IMG/VR virus record: IMGVR_UViG_3300037714_000226
Span: 1-56,405 of that record
Length of the DNA: 56,405 nucleotides
Reading direction: 5' to 3' (one strand)
Source: a virus
Lineage: Duplodnaviria > Caudoviricetes
Numbering within the stretch: position 1 is the first letter of the stretch; the number at the start of each line of letters is the position of its first letter. Of the stretch, positions 27,374-37,023 are shown piece after piece. A model generated the notes under the pieces. It saw only the letters and a program-made list of their open reading frames with translations. It had not been told where the DNA came from and searched no databases. The translations under genes and the position numbers were made by a program.

Positions 27374-28636
27374 TCAAGACTTCATCGGCGCCGGACCCAT
27401 AACCTCTTCAAGGCGTCCTTCTTGTAGCAATTTGTTGGGGTCCGTTTTGTTTGGCAAGAGCTTGCGACTGACAGGAATCCGATCGGCAACCATCTTCTTC
27501 ACGACGGCCACGATACCAGCTCCTGACTGATCCCCATCCCCCACAACAACGACGCGTTCGTTGTCTCTGATGACCTTCTCGATCTGCGACTCGCTTGGGT
27601 AACTTCCCAGGATCGCGTTGACCGGACGATAACCCGCTTGCCACATCGACAGAGCATCGAGATGTCCCTCGACCAAGTAGATGCGACCATCTGTCCTGTC
27701 TACCTTGTAGCGGTTCTCGCCGTAGAGCATCAGGTTGCGTTTGAAGCCTTTGCTGTGGAGATATTTGGGCGATGCGCGGCCATGACACTTCGCACACACC
27801 GCTCGCTGTCGCTTCAACTCCGAATGGTCGCACGCAGGGCAGTGAATCCCATCCTCCATATCACCGTACTCAATGTGTCCACAGGCTGTGCATACGTTGG
27901 GGGATATCGTTTCTGGCGGCTCTAGACCGCACTTAGAGCAACGGTAGAGTCGACCACTGATAGCCACGAGACGACCGCCTCTGTCCCGCATCGGGAACAG
28001 GAGACGACATCCATTCTTGTCGTGCCCCAACTCCCATTCACGACACGTGTCGATGGTGAGTCCTCGTTGCTCCGTCGCGTACAGTGGAACGCTCCCAGCA
28101 TGCGGCTCGTAAGTCTCCCATGGGATCTCAGGCATCTCGTCTGACTTATTGGCCGCGATGTAGTCGTAGAAAACCTTGGCCTCGGTGTGAGCCATCAACG
28201 GAGTCAGCTTCTCCTGTTTCTTGAGTGCATTTTTTTGCTTCTCGGATCGTGCGATGTACCCCTCGGCCTTGGTTCCAAAACCAGCTTTCTCTCCGAGGTT
28301 TTTGGCTCGCTCACGCGCGGTGTATTCGACGGCCTCGTCGATGCTCTTGGCGTCGTTGTCGAGTAACTCAATCCATTGGTAGTGATCGGATCCAGTCAGA
28401 GACCACAAGTCACACAACAGATCTCTCAGGCTCCCTTTCTCGTGACAGGCGAGGCACGAGTAGATGGGGTCGCCGTATTTCCCGGCCGGAAAAACGACCA
28501 TCGACGGATTGGTGTCCCTCCTGTTCGGGTGTGTCCACCTGGCGAGTGGACAGGTACACCTCACCCGATCGCCGGCAACGGAAACACGATCCGCTCCGAT
28601 CCCTCGCATCACCTCGGCGAGGCGATAAGCGTCCAC
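27374..28636 (-). CDS. dnaG: DnaG-like primase with an extra 4xCxxC insertion
   Basis: N-terminal CPL..H..D.NPS...CLAC Zn finger; LFPMRD..G..VAISGR, PKYLHS, TOPRIM LVEGHLD and GDGD. Confidence 0.88.
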   Translation of the reverse strand: MDAYRLAEVMRGIGADRVSVAGDRVRCTCPLARWTHPNRRDTNPSMVVFPAGKYGDPIYSCLACHEKGSLRDLLCDLWSLTGSDHYQWIELLDNDAKSIDEAVEYTARERAKNLGEKAGFGTKAEGYIARSEKQKNALKKQEKLTPLMAHTEAKVFYDYIAANKSDEMPEIPWETYEPHAGSVPLYATEQRGLTIDTCREWELGHDKNGCRLLFPMRDRGGRLVAISGRLYRCSKCGLEPPETISPNVCTACGHIEYGDMEDGIHCPACDHSELKRQRAVCAKCHGRASPKYLHSKGFKRNLMLYGENRYKVDRTDGRIYLVEGHLDALSMWQAGYRPVNAILGSYPSESQIEKVIRDNERVVVVGDGDQSGAGIVAVVKKMVADRIPVSRKLLPNKTDPNKLLQEGRLEEVMGPAPMKS

Positions 28637-28638
28637 GG

Positions 28639-29169
28639 TCAGCCGTAGAACTGTTCTTCAGGCCGCACCTGGGTGTGTTCGACATCCCACCAAGGCGTGA
28701 AGTCGTCCCACACCGCGACGGTCTTCATCGGATCCAAGAACCGAAGCAGCAGGTTTCCGTATGTATCGTGCTTGTAGCGAAGTCCGACCTTCGTCCCATG
28801 CTTGCGTGAGAACATCACGACATCACCGATCCTTACATCTGGCGGTTCGTGGAAGATCTCTGGGTTACCCTCGGGCAACCCCTGCTCCTTCCGCTGTTCC
28901 ATCATGGCGTCGCTGTACAACGGACCGCGATAGCCGTTGCCGACAGCCACGACCTCACCGAAGCGCCATTCGCCGAACCGGTACCGCCAGAACTGTTCCT
29001 TATCCTCGTCGCCTGACAGCAATCCACCAGACCTGCCCTCTGGGATGTAGATACCGCCCTTGGTGATATTCTCCTGACCGTACTCAGCCACCAAGATCAG
29101 GTTTCGGGTGCATCGGATACCACAGATCGATTTGCCTGCATCCGGGTTCGTGCTCTTCGTGATCTCCAT
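28639..29169 (-). CDS. groES: GroES-like co-chaperonin
   Basis: TKGGIYIP mobile loop, GEVVAVGNG, DVRIGDVVMFSRKHGT. Confidence 0.85.
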   Translation of the reverse strand: MEITKSTNPDAGKSICGIRCTRNLILVAEYGQENITKGGIYIPEGRSGGLLSGDEDKEQFWRYRFGEWRFGEVVAVGNGYRGPLYSDAMMEQRKEQGLPEGNPEIFHEPPDVRIGDVVMFSRKHGTKVGLRYKHDTYGNLLLRFLDPMKTVAVWDDFTPWWDVEHTQVRPEEQFYG

Positions 29170-29181
29170 CTCCAGCTACTC

Positions 29182-29598
29182 CTACTCTTTCATCTGATCA
29201 GCTATTTCTGGGTATCGACACAGCAAGCAGATGGGCAACGGTGACACATTACTCTCCACCGCCACTGCCATCTCCACTCCACATTTTCGACAAACGATGT
29301 CCATGTTCACCAAGTCGTCGATCTCCGAGATCCTCCCGTCGTGGACCGGGTGTACCTCCGACTGCCTGGCCAACTCAAGAGCCTGAAGTCGCATACCGAG
29401 GCGTTCGTTTTCATGCCTGGTCATCTCTTCTGCGACCTCTGCTTCGATTTGCTCGACGAGCATGGCTTCTTTGATTTCACTGAGCAACTCCTCGCCAGAT
29501 GCCAGCACGCTTGGATCGACATCGACACCGAGTCGATCGATCTCGCGTTCCATCATCCAGCACATGAACTTGAGCTGAAGCGCTTGGTGGCTGTACAC
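29182..29598 (-). CDS. Hypothetical protein with C-terminal Zn-ribbon
   Basis: CRKC...CLLC; in operon. Confidence 0.7.
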   Translation of the reverse strand: MYSHQALQLKFMCWMMEREIDRLGVDVDPSVLASGEELLSEIKEAMLVEQIEAEVAEEMTRHENERLGMRLQALELARQSEVHPVHDGRISEIDDLVNMDIVCRKCGVEMAVAVESNVSPLPICLLCRYPEIADQMKE

Positions 29599-29606
29599 AG
29601 ATGGCC

Positions 29607-30068
29607 TCAGTTCACGTCATGCGGCCCGTTCGGGTCGTGCTTGTCGTAGTCGTCCATGATGGTGTGTGCCTCTTCCTCGGACAGTTTTGGATTCCTGTAA
29701 TTGGGCATCGGAGCAGGTCTCGGTCGCGGTTGCTGCACCCTGTCATGAAGCAGTGCTTTTGCCGATCGGTTGGCAACCGCCGACAGGTAAGTCAGCACCT
29801 CATGGATCGCGTGCGCGAGTATGGCAACGCCGCCGCCGAAGAGCATGGACTCAAACAATCGGTTTCCGCAGTAGATGCTCCACCACCACCCGACCCAGAA
29901 TCCGACCCAGAGTTGCTCGCTCATGACGTTGACGAGCCAGATCCAAAACCCGTGGCTGCGAGTTCCAAACCACGCCTTGAGTGGATCGAATCCAATCGAG
30001 GCGGACACGATGATAGCGAACCCGACCAACCCGATGATCGACTCCACGCTGATGCCTTTGATACCCAT
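29607..30068 (-). CDS. Membrane protein (about three hydrophobic segments)
   Basis: IIGLVGFAIIVSA, LWVGFWVGWWW, MLFGGGVAILA; SD AAGGTAGGT. Confidence 0.75.
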   Translation of the reverse strand: MGIKGISVESIIGLVGFAIIVSASIGFDPLKAWFGTRSHGFWIWLVNVMSEQLWVGFWVGWWWSIYCGNRLFESMLFGGGVAILAHAIHEVLTYLSAVANRSAKALLHDRVQQPRPRPAPMPNYRNPKLSEEEAHTIMDDYDKHDPNGPHDVN

Positions 30069-30077
30069 GACCTACCT

Positions 30078-32531
30078 TTAGTACGGAACGTCGGCGAAAT
30101 CCTTGTCGTCGTCGCCGGTGTCTTTTTTCGACGGTCGCTGAGTCGAATCTACGCGAGTTCCAATCTGTTCGAACTTCATCGACTCCATGTCCCATCGAAT
30201 GACAACGTGACTTGCTCTGGCCTGACGCCGAGCCTTCAGCGGCACGAACATGAGCTGCTTATCCATCTTCATGTCGATGTCCTGAAAGAGCGCAAAGAGG
30301 TTGTGACAGTTGTGGACTACGACACCGTGACACAGGAACCGGTGGTCCTCGTGGTCAACGGTGATGTCCCACATTTCCTCTTCGCCACCAACGCGAGAAC
30401 CTCGCACCTGCTCTAACACGAAGTCGTGGTGCTCCGGATAGACCGTCGTGGTCGACCACCGACCAGGCGTTTTATTGCGATCCACCAGTAACTGAGCAGC
30501 CTTCCTGACAGATCGCAGTCCCACCGACCCCATCCACCGCTGGGTCTCCTCACGACCCAGCCACACCCGAAGCGAATCCCTGGTACCGTCATAGGAGTAC
30601 CTCCTCACGGTCGGGTTGAACCCACCCATGCGAAGCAACTCGGTTGCGCCCATGGCCAGGTCGTACGACGTGCTCGTCAATGTGAGTTGACCGTTCTTTG
30701 TGATGCACCCGTCGGCCTCCATCAGCCCTCGCACAAAAGCCAGCCTCACGTTTCTTGGTGCCTCCCAAATCCTTTGAGGAACCCTCTTCTCGTAGGACAG
30801 ATCCGGCCGCATTCCCAGCCACCTTAGCCACCTCACAAACCCTACGGAGCAAACGTCCACAATGTCACACGTCTGCCTCTCATTGCTGGACCGCGGCTTG
30901 TGCCGCGCATTCAGACCAAAAGCCGCGAGCTGTTCAGTGATCCACTTTGCAATCTCTGGATCACGCGGATCGATCGCCCAAGTGACACGGTTACTCGCTC
31001 TCACACAGCCGTCGCCCACCGTGTATCCGATCAACTCAGCCAGTTCCTCCGTCCATGACTGTGGGTAGACCACCTGAGCCTCGTTGTTGTGCTGCCGATC
31101 TCCGTCAAACCCACGCAAGTCGACAGACCCTCCGCTGGCCACCCTCTGTCGAATCACCCAGTCTCCATGGCGCAGATCACCAGACCGGACCCACGACACA
31201 GCGCCTTCCCCTGTCATCGATAGGATCTTGTGGTCCTGACTCGCTCGCAATTCGAACCCACTGAACAACTCCAGCGTCAGGACTTTCTTGGGACCCGTTC
31301 GCCACGACCTTGCTGTAGCCGTCACGTCCCCCACCACCACCTCACCACCGTCGACCAGTGACTCAATGGGAACCGCACCGCGTGGCGTATAAACCAGCGA
31401 CCCCTTCGGGACGCAGTCCTGTAGAAGCGCATCAGAGAACGCGATCGCATTCTCCAAACCGCCGGTCGCTTTACCGCGCTTCACGGAGACTGAATCGTTT
31501 TTGCGGACCTTACCATCGCGCGATAGCTGGCTGATGCCCAGGATCGGCACCTGCTTTCGTCTACTCAAGCGCCGCATCCAATCGAGGGTGTCGACGAACC
31601 GATCTTGTCGCGCGCTCCGGTTGCCCTTTTTCTCTTCGATCACCCGAAGCATGTAGACCGAGTCGAACACTACCAACCCAGGCTCGACAGCATCGATCGT
31701 CTGCTCGATCAGGTCCGCTTCGAGTCGCTCTTCGTCATCGAGAATGTAGAAGTGGTTGCCGGTCTCTTTCAGCTTCTCGATGGTCTCCTTCAGGGATGGC
31801 TCACCGAACTGACCGAGGCTGCCGCCAACGAGATCTCCGTATGGCAACTCACCAACCTTTGAGACGCAACGCTCTGCCAGCTCCACTTCGTTCATTTCAG
31901 GACTGACGACCAGCACCTTGATTTTGGAGACTGACCACACGTAGAGGGCGATGATGAGCGCGACCCATGTCTTGCCTGTTCCTGGGCGTGCTGCGAAGAA
32001 CGTCAGCGTCCCTGGCCACATACCCAAGGTCATCGCGTTCATGGCTTCCCACGGGAACGGAACACCTATCTCACCGCGCTTGGTACGGTCATACAACTCC
32101 TGCACCTTCGGAGCTGAATCGGCGAGTGTGCTGAGTCTGACATGCTGAGCCTTGGCGTTCTTGAGCGCGTTGGAGAGTCTGTGGACCTCTGAAACCGAGT
32201 CGGACTGCTCACCTTCTTCGAGTTTCTCCAGACTCGTATGCAACCCATGCTGAAGGCACCGATACTCGTATCGACTCCAAAGCTGATCGGCGATGTAGGA
32301 GAGAGTGGCTTGCTCCTCTTCTTCTGGTGGACGGATCGGCGCTCCTGTTTGCTCGACCACGATCCCGAGACCAGGCATCTCGCCGTGTTCCTTTTTGAAG
32401 GTCTCGACGAAGTCCCAGGCGGAACGAAAGAGGCCGGTGAACAGCATCGTCCCGATGCCAAGATCACGCGCCTCTTTGAATGTAGCTTCGCTTCGCGTTG
32501 CGTACCACAACGCCGCTGAATCGAGATCCAC
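30078..32531 (-). CDS. dnaB: DnaB-like replicative helicase with one intein (about 448 aa spliced)
   Basis: ARPGTGKT, VSPEM, VFDSVY, ISQLSR, SDALLQD|CHN, KARR. Confidence 0.93.
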   Translation of the reverse strand: MDLDSAALWYATRSEATFKEARDLGIGTMLFTGLFRSAWDFVETFKKEHGEMPGLGIVVEQTGAPIRPPEEEEQATLSYIADQLWSRYEYRCLQHGLHTSLEKLEEGEQSDSVSEVHRLSNALKNAKAQHVRLSTLADSAPKVQELYDRTKRGEIGVPFPWEAMNAMTLGMWPGTLTFFAARPGTGKTWVALIIALYVWSVSKIKVLVVSPEMNEVELAERCVSKVGELPYGDLVGGSLGQFGEPSLKETIEKLKETGNHFYILDDEERLEADLIEQTIDAVEPGLVVFDSVYMLRVIEEKKGNRSARQDRFVDTLDWMRRLSRRKQVPILGISQLSRDGKVRKNDSVSVKRGKATGGLENAIAFSDALLQDCVPKGSLVYTPRGAVPIESLVDGGEVVVGDVTATARSWRTGPKKVLTLELFSGFELRASQDHKILSMTGEGAVSWVRSGDLRHGDWVIRQRVASGGSVDLRGFDGDRQHNNEAQVVYPQSWTEELAELIGYTVGDGCVRASNRVTWAIDPRDPEIAKWITEQLAAFGLNARHKPRSSNERQTCDIVDVCSVGFVRWLRWLGMRPDLSYEKRVPQRIWEAPRNVRLAFVRGLMEADGCITKNGQLTLTSTSYDLAMGATELLRMGGFNPTVRRYSYDGTRDSLRVWLGREETQRWMGSVGLRSVRKAAQLLVDRNKTPGRWSTTTVYPEHHDFVLEQVRGSRVGGEEEMWDITVDHEDHRFLCHGVVVHNCHNLFALFQDIDMKMDKQLMFVPLKARRQARASHVVIRWDMESMKFEQIGTRVDSTQRPSKKDTGDDDKDFADVPY
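30309..31415 (-). mobile_element. DnaB intein (369 aa) with LAGLIDADG endonuclease
   Basis: CVPKGSLV...ASQDHK...LIGYTVGDG...FVRGLMEADG...GVVVHN followed by Cys. Confidence 0.95.
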
Positions 32532-32587
32532 GCGTTACACCTCACGCCGTTTGCCGGCGATCCCATCCCTGAATGGAGAAGGGAGGT

Positions 32588-33190
32588 TTACCCTGCCGCA
32601 AGCACTTTGCTTTCGCGGAGACTCTCCCCTTCCGCGAAAACAGGTACCATGGATTCTTTTACCACATCCATCATGGATGCCTTGTACCGACTGCTGAGTC
32701 GAGTCTGATCCAAGTTGGTTGTGATGATGGTCGTCCGCACATTGGATGCACGGTGCCGAATGAGGTTCTCGAACAACGTGTCCGAGTACCCAGTCGTGCC
32801 TCGATGATCTTTGCCCAGGTCGTCGATGATGAGCAAGTCCACTTCGCGAGCCCGATCCATCAGAGTCAGATCCTCATGAAATGGCGTTCTTTCGATCGAG
32901 GATATGCGGATGTCCTCGGCCGTCGCGAATAGCACTGGCGCGCCTCGCCTTCTGGCCTCTTTCGCGATGACGATGGCCGCGCCGGTTTTCCCGGTGCCGT
33001 TTTGACCGTAGAACAGCAACCCATCTCCGGCATCGAGATGCGTGTCGAGGTTCTGTAGATAGTGCTGGACGTTTCGCCGCACATGCTCGTTGCCGATGCC
33101 CGAGAACGATACATCCCAAAACCTCTGCGGGATCCGCATCAGCAGAAAGTGATCTGCCCTCAGCGGCGTTCTGTAGTTCGGCACCCTCAC
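32588..33190 (-). CDS. DnaC/IstB-like AAA+ ATPase (helicase loader)
   Basis: IPQRF, GQNGTGKT, LIIDDLG, TIITTNL; adjacent to dnaB. Confidence 0.88.
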   Translation of the reverse strand: MRVPNYRTPLRADHFLLMRIPQRFWDVSFSGIGNEHVRRNVQHYLQNLDTHLDAGDGLLFYGQNGTGKTGAAIVIAKEARRRGAPVLFATAEDIRISSIERTPFHEDLTLMDRAREVDLLIIDDLGKDHRGTTGYSDTLFENLIRHRASNVRTTIITTNLDQTRLSSRYKASMMDVVKESMVPVFAEGESLRESKVLAAG

Positions 33191-33263
33191 GGGGATCGCT
33201 CCTGACTATCGTTCCTGACTATATGGTAATGCCATGTCACGTCACTCGCCACTTCCAGTGGGA

Positions 33264-33842
33264 TCAAATTATCCACTCATCGTGCCCGCCTTTGTGCTTG
33301 TAGTTCTTGTCCCACTCACGATCCATGAGTTGTTTCTCGTCTAAATCCAATACTTTACCGTCGATCAGCGCCACCAACGATCCACGCATCATCCAGAGGT
33401 ACCGAAAACTCGGGAGTCCCTCCATGTTGCGCTTCTGCCACCAACCGACAAAGCGGACGATCATCGCCTCGGTCTTTTCATACCCCAGGCCCTCTCCGCC
33501 TTTTTCTTCGTCGCGGAGTAGCGCCCTCATGAGCTTCGCTTCGACCGGCCCCCACTTCTGAGGCTTCACGTCCTTGCCGAACTCGCGCTTGATCTCTTCG
33601 AACCAGAAGACCTTGAGCGCCTGCCACGGCCTCACCTTCTTTATCCGCTCGCTTCGACGCTCCTGACGCTCTTTGTAATTGGTGGCCGCCCTCTCAACGT
33701 TGGTCTTCATCGCCTGCGTACGTGCCTGTGTACGCGCGATCTGATGAGACACCACAGGCTTCTCAGGTTCCGAATCTGCCTTCGCGGCCTCTGCTGCTTT
33801 TCTCTGACGACCTACCCGAAACAGTTCGTCCTCGAACCCCAT
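33264..33842 (-). CDS. Hypothetical protein
   Basis: 192-aa ORF with SD AAAGGGG, upstream of the loader gene. Confidence 0.7.
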   Translation of the reverse strand: MGFEDELFRVGRQRKAAEAAKADSEPEKPVVSHQIARTQARTQAMKTNVERAATNYKERQERRSERIKKVRPWQALKVFWFEEIKREFGKDVKPQKWGPVEAKLMRALLRDEEKGGEGLGYEKTEAMIVRFVGWWQKRNMEGLPSFRYLWMMRGSLVALIDGKVLDLDEKQLMDREWDKNYKHKGGHDEWII

Positions 33843-33887
33843 TGCTTTGCTACCCCTTTTTACTACATCGATAGCGATAGTCCAACA

Positions 33888-34226
33888 TCATTCCGAAGCG
33901 ATCACATCGGTGACATCTCTGGTGTCGATTGTTTGAAGACGACCGTGAATGAAAACGTCGGCCTCGTAGTAGACCTCGGTCCAATACTCGCCGAACACGG
34001 CCGCGAGGCTTGGGATCATCATGAGCGCTTGTACTTCGGTTTTCTGTTTCAGAATGTCGCGCGCCGTACGCACGCTCACTACTTCGCCGACCTGGTTATT
34101 GCGAAGCACCACACTGAAGCCGACGCGAGGTCGCGGCCACATCTTCAGGAGTTTATCGATGCGTCGCGCTGTCTCTTCAGGGCTTATCTGATCGTCCATG
34201 CCCAAGGATAGCGCTACGAATGCCAA
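33888..34226 (-). CDS. Hypothetical protein
   Basis: In operon; start may be ATG near 34199. Confidence 0.6.
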   Translation of the reverse strand: MAFVALSLGMDDQISPEETARRIDKLLKMWPRPRVGFSVVLRNNQVGEVVSVRTARDILKQKTEVQALMMIPSLAAVFGEYWTEVYYEADVFIHGRLQTIDTRDVTDVIASE

Positions 34227-34587
34227 TGCGTTGCATCAGACGCTTGGTGAAACCCGTACTCTCTTTGATGCCCAACAGGTATCGCTCAGCGTGCACCGGC
34301 TTCAAACGCCCTCTGGGGTCCAAGTCAGGCACGTCAGTGTGCGGTCCTCGGTTCTTGAGCGCGAACGCTTGGATGGTTCTGCCGGCAACAGCGATCTCTT
34401 CCTTGCGCTCGATACCCCATTTTGAGCCGCCATAGAATACGTGCCACGCGCACATCTTGATCGCGTCGCCGCCGGCCGCCGGTTCTGTGATCCACGATGC
34501 CCGCTCCTTGCACCCATCGGGTACCTGGCACCTAAACCGTTGGTCACCGGTGATCGCAACCAATACGTTGTCTTCGTCGAGTAGCAC
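34177..34587 (-). CDS. Hypothetical protein with C-x4-C...CxxH metal ligands
   Basis: CQVPDGC...MCAWH; start overlaps the upstream stop. Confidence 0.65.
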   Translation of the reverse strand: MLLDEDNVLVAITGDQRFRCQVPDGCKERASWITEPAAGGDAIKMCAWHVFYGGSKWGIERKEEIAVAGRTIQAFALKNRGPHTDVPDLDPRGRLKPVHAERYLLGIKESTGFTKRLMQRIGIRSAILGHGRSDKP

Positions 34588-35561
34588 TACGACTGAGTTT
34601 CGCTCTCGAACTCCAACTCGTCGAGTCCGAGCACCTCGTGCATGGAGGGGACTCTCGCTGGAGGAGTATCGAGCGACTCACATACGGGATCTGAATAGGC
34701 GATGCCGTTGTCGCCCACAAACCAGTCCGAACACCCGCTCGTCCCCACCCGGCACCACAGGGCGTTCTGGGTGTCCGTGGGTATCCGTGCCAGACCTCGC
34801 CGGCAGGCACGACGATCGTCACAGGCGCCCTCATCGACCTCACAGCGTCCACCCCAGGCAATGGGCGTAGCAAGGCCCGTAACGCGCCGCTGGTCCCGTC
34901 CTGTGACGAGTCCACGGGCGACCTCTGCCGTAGCCAAGCACCCTTCCTGAAGCGAGGGTCGATCTCGGCCGACTGGGGTTGTCCAGCCGCGGTCGACCGG
35001 GAAACCCTCGGGTTGATCGCAGCTCAGGTTGACGTTGCGGATCCAGCGCTGCCGAGAATGCGTTGGAGGCACCATGCCCATGGCTCTGCTGGAAAGTCGA
35101 CGAAGTGTCGAAAGCATCGTTTCGCCATTCTCATCGCACTCGGTGATGCGCCTGATCATGGCCCGGTTGCAGCTCCTCGACCGTACGCCGCCTGCTACCT
35201 GCCAGATGCCGATCACGTCTCTTTCACTCATCCACTCGACCTCTGTACCTGAGATCCGAAGTAGACCCAGAACGGTCGCCTCTACGCCAGACTCATTGGG
35301 CACATTCCAGATCTCGTCGCGAGACACTTCGACGCGGCCGGTCCACCTGCGTTCCAACTCGGCTCGCTGAACAGCCGACAGTAGAATATCGAAGCTGGGA
35401 GTGACCTCTTCATTGGACGCGTCCTGCTCGGCAACCTCGATCGGTGGCTCAGCAACGGCGTTCTCTGCCGTGGCTTCCGCGACGACGATCTGGTCCATGC
35501 TCTCTACGGGGTCCTCGCAACCGAGTACGACCGCAAACCAAAAAAAGACGGTGACGTTCAT
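34587..35561 (-). CDS. Cys-rich putative lipoprotein
   Basis: ATG 35561 with SD GAGGG; MNVTVFFWFAVVLG|C lipobox-like; acidic linker; ten further Cys. Confidence 0.7.
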   Translation of the reverse strand: MNVTVFFWFAVVLGCEDPVESMDQIVVAEATAENAVAEPPIEVAEQDASNEEVTPSFDILLSAVQRAELERRWTGRVEVSRDEIWNVPNESGVEATVLGLLRISGTEVEWMSERDVIGIWQVAGGVRSRSCNRAMIRRITECDENGETMLSTLRRLSSRAMGMVPPTHSRQRWIRNVNLSCDQPEGFPVDRGWTTPVGRDRPSLQEGCLATAEVARGLVTGRDQRRVTGLATPIAWGGRCEVDEGACDDRRACRRGLARIPTDTQNALWCRVGTSGCSDWFVGDNGIAYSDPVCESLDTPPARVPSMHEVLGLDELEFESETQS

Positions 35562-35671
35562 TGTTCCCTCAATGGCGTGGGTCCGAGATCGATTGGTCTG
35601 CGTCGAGTGACACAGCCTCGATACCCTCCTCACGGTTTTTCTGAAGTGCCCCGGACGTTACTCGACGAAGA

Positions 35672-36055
35672 TCAGGCTCGCAAGTCGTCCTTGATCTGAT
35701 CTTCTGTCATTTGGTCCCATCGCTTCTGAAGCCAGGCGTCGATCTGATTGCGATGAATGGACCATTTCTCGTCGAGGCGAGCAATCCACTCCATCTTAAA
35801 CGCCTGATAGAGACTCGCTGCCACACCATTCGGCATCTCCAGGTGGTACGAGAGGATCGACAGCGCAAGATCTGCCGGCCCGCTACCGTTGTACCCCCAC
35901 TCGAATCCGGTCGGACTGTGCCGCTTCACATGCGGTAGATCGGTGATCTTCCCGTGCTCCTTGTCATCGATCCAAACGCGCGTACCGCTGTCGATACGCT
36001 CGCCGTTGTAGGTCAGGTGCCTCGACTGCATCACATCACTCATGATCTTCTCCAT
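35672..36055 (-). CDS. DUF6166-like protein
   Basis: HSPTGFEWGYNGSGPADLALSIL, LYQAFK. Confidence 0.8.
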   Translation of the reverse strand: MEKIMSDVMQSRHLTYNGERIDSGTRVWIDDKEHGKITDLPHVKRHSPTGFEWGYNGSGPADLALSILSYHLEMPNGVAASLYQAFKMEWIARLDEKWSIHRNQIDAWLQKRWDQMTEDQIKDDLRA

Positions 36056-36965
36056 CTCCGAGCACCGGGATCTTGTACTCGCCAGCGATCGCCTTCAGGC
36101 CAACCTTGGTGAGCGCATGCATGACGAAACTCTCGACCTCAGCCTTCGCATGAGTCACGACCCTGTCTGCGCTTTCCTCGAACTGCTTCACGACGAATGG
36201 GGCGTTGCTTTCCAACTCCATGACGACGCGGTCGAGCACTGCAACGATCTGGCGGACGCGGGTCTTTGAGACAGCCGACTTGCCGTCCACGATCTCTTTG
36301 GCTTCGGTCCGTGCGTTCTTGGCCATGTCGACGAGATCGCTGATCTGGTCCTTGAAGCCGTCGCGGATCTTTTTGTACTCCGCCTGCGTATCCTCAGGAA
36401 CGTCTTCCATCCTGATGTGATTTATCCGGCGGATGGTGCACGGGATCCCGCCTCCCATGTTCATCGTGGTGATGGCCTCGGCGTACTGGGCCGCGCTCAT
36501 GTCCACTTCTATGAGCGTGTTTCGCTCGTAGTAGTGATCACTCGACAGGCCATGAGACACCGTCGCCCGCATCACACTGAGTGTGATGTAGTGGTTGTGG
36601 TGGTCGAGATGCGATCCGAACAACCGCGTTGCACCGCTAACCCGATGGAAACTGACAAGCCCGAACGACTCGTGATCCTCTCGAAACTCGTCTCCAGAGT
36701 ACCGCTTGACCGACTCGGTCTTGTACGGAATGCGCTCTGGATCCAGCACCCCATGCTCATAGCGATTGATAGCGTCTTCGAGGGCGTGGACCTCTCCAGT
36801 GATGTCGCTGAGAACCGCGGGCCTGCTCTCAAAAAACCGCCCGGCCTCCTTGCCCTTCTTCGTCCTCTCGTGAAAGTCGTGAACCGTGCCGACGAGACGC
36901 TTGGCCCGTTGAAGGAGAAGCTCTACAGCTTCCTCGCTCCCCTTCTTAATGTCCTCGATCGGCAT
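36036..36965 (-). CDS. Conserved phage hypothetical protein
   Basis: SD AGGAAGG; ESFGLV...LFGS...IEVDMSAAQYAEAITTMNMGGGIPCTI. Confidence 0.8.
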   Translation of the reverse strand: MPIEDIKKGSEEAVELLLQRAKRLVGTVHDFHERTKKGKEAGRFFESRPAVLSDITGEVHALEDAINRYEHGVLDPERIPYKTESVKRYSGDEFREDHESFGLVSFHRVSGATRLFGSHLDHHNHYITLSVMRATVSHGLSSDHYYERNTLIEVDMSAAQYAEAITTMNMGGGIPCTIRRINHIRMEDVPEDTQAEYKKIRDGFKDQISDLVDMAKNARTEAKEIVDGKSAVSKTRVRQIVAVLDRVVMELESNAPFVVKQFEESADRVVTHAKAEVESFVMHALTKVGLKAIAGEYKIPVLGDGEDHE

Positions 36966-36989
36966 TTTGGCCCTTCCTTCCTGCTAACC

Positions 36990-37018
36990 ATTGTTAGCAT
37001 ATGAAGAGCGTTTGTCAA
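36990..37018 (-). promoter_or_regulatory. Sigma70-like promoter, TTGACWADCG family
   Basis: TTGACA-N17-AACAAT; -35 region TTGACAAACGC identical to the copy at 24359. Confidence 0.6.
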
Positions 37019-37023
37019 CAGCA

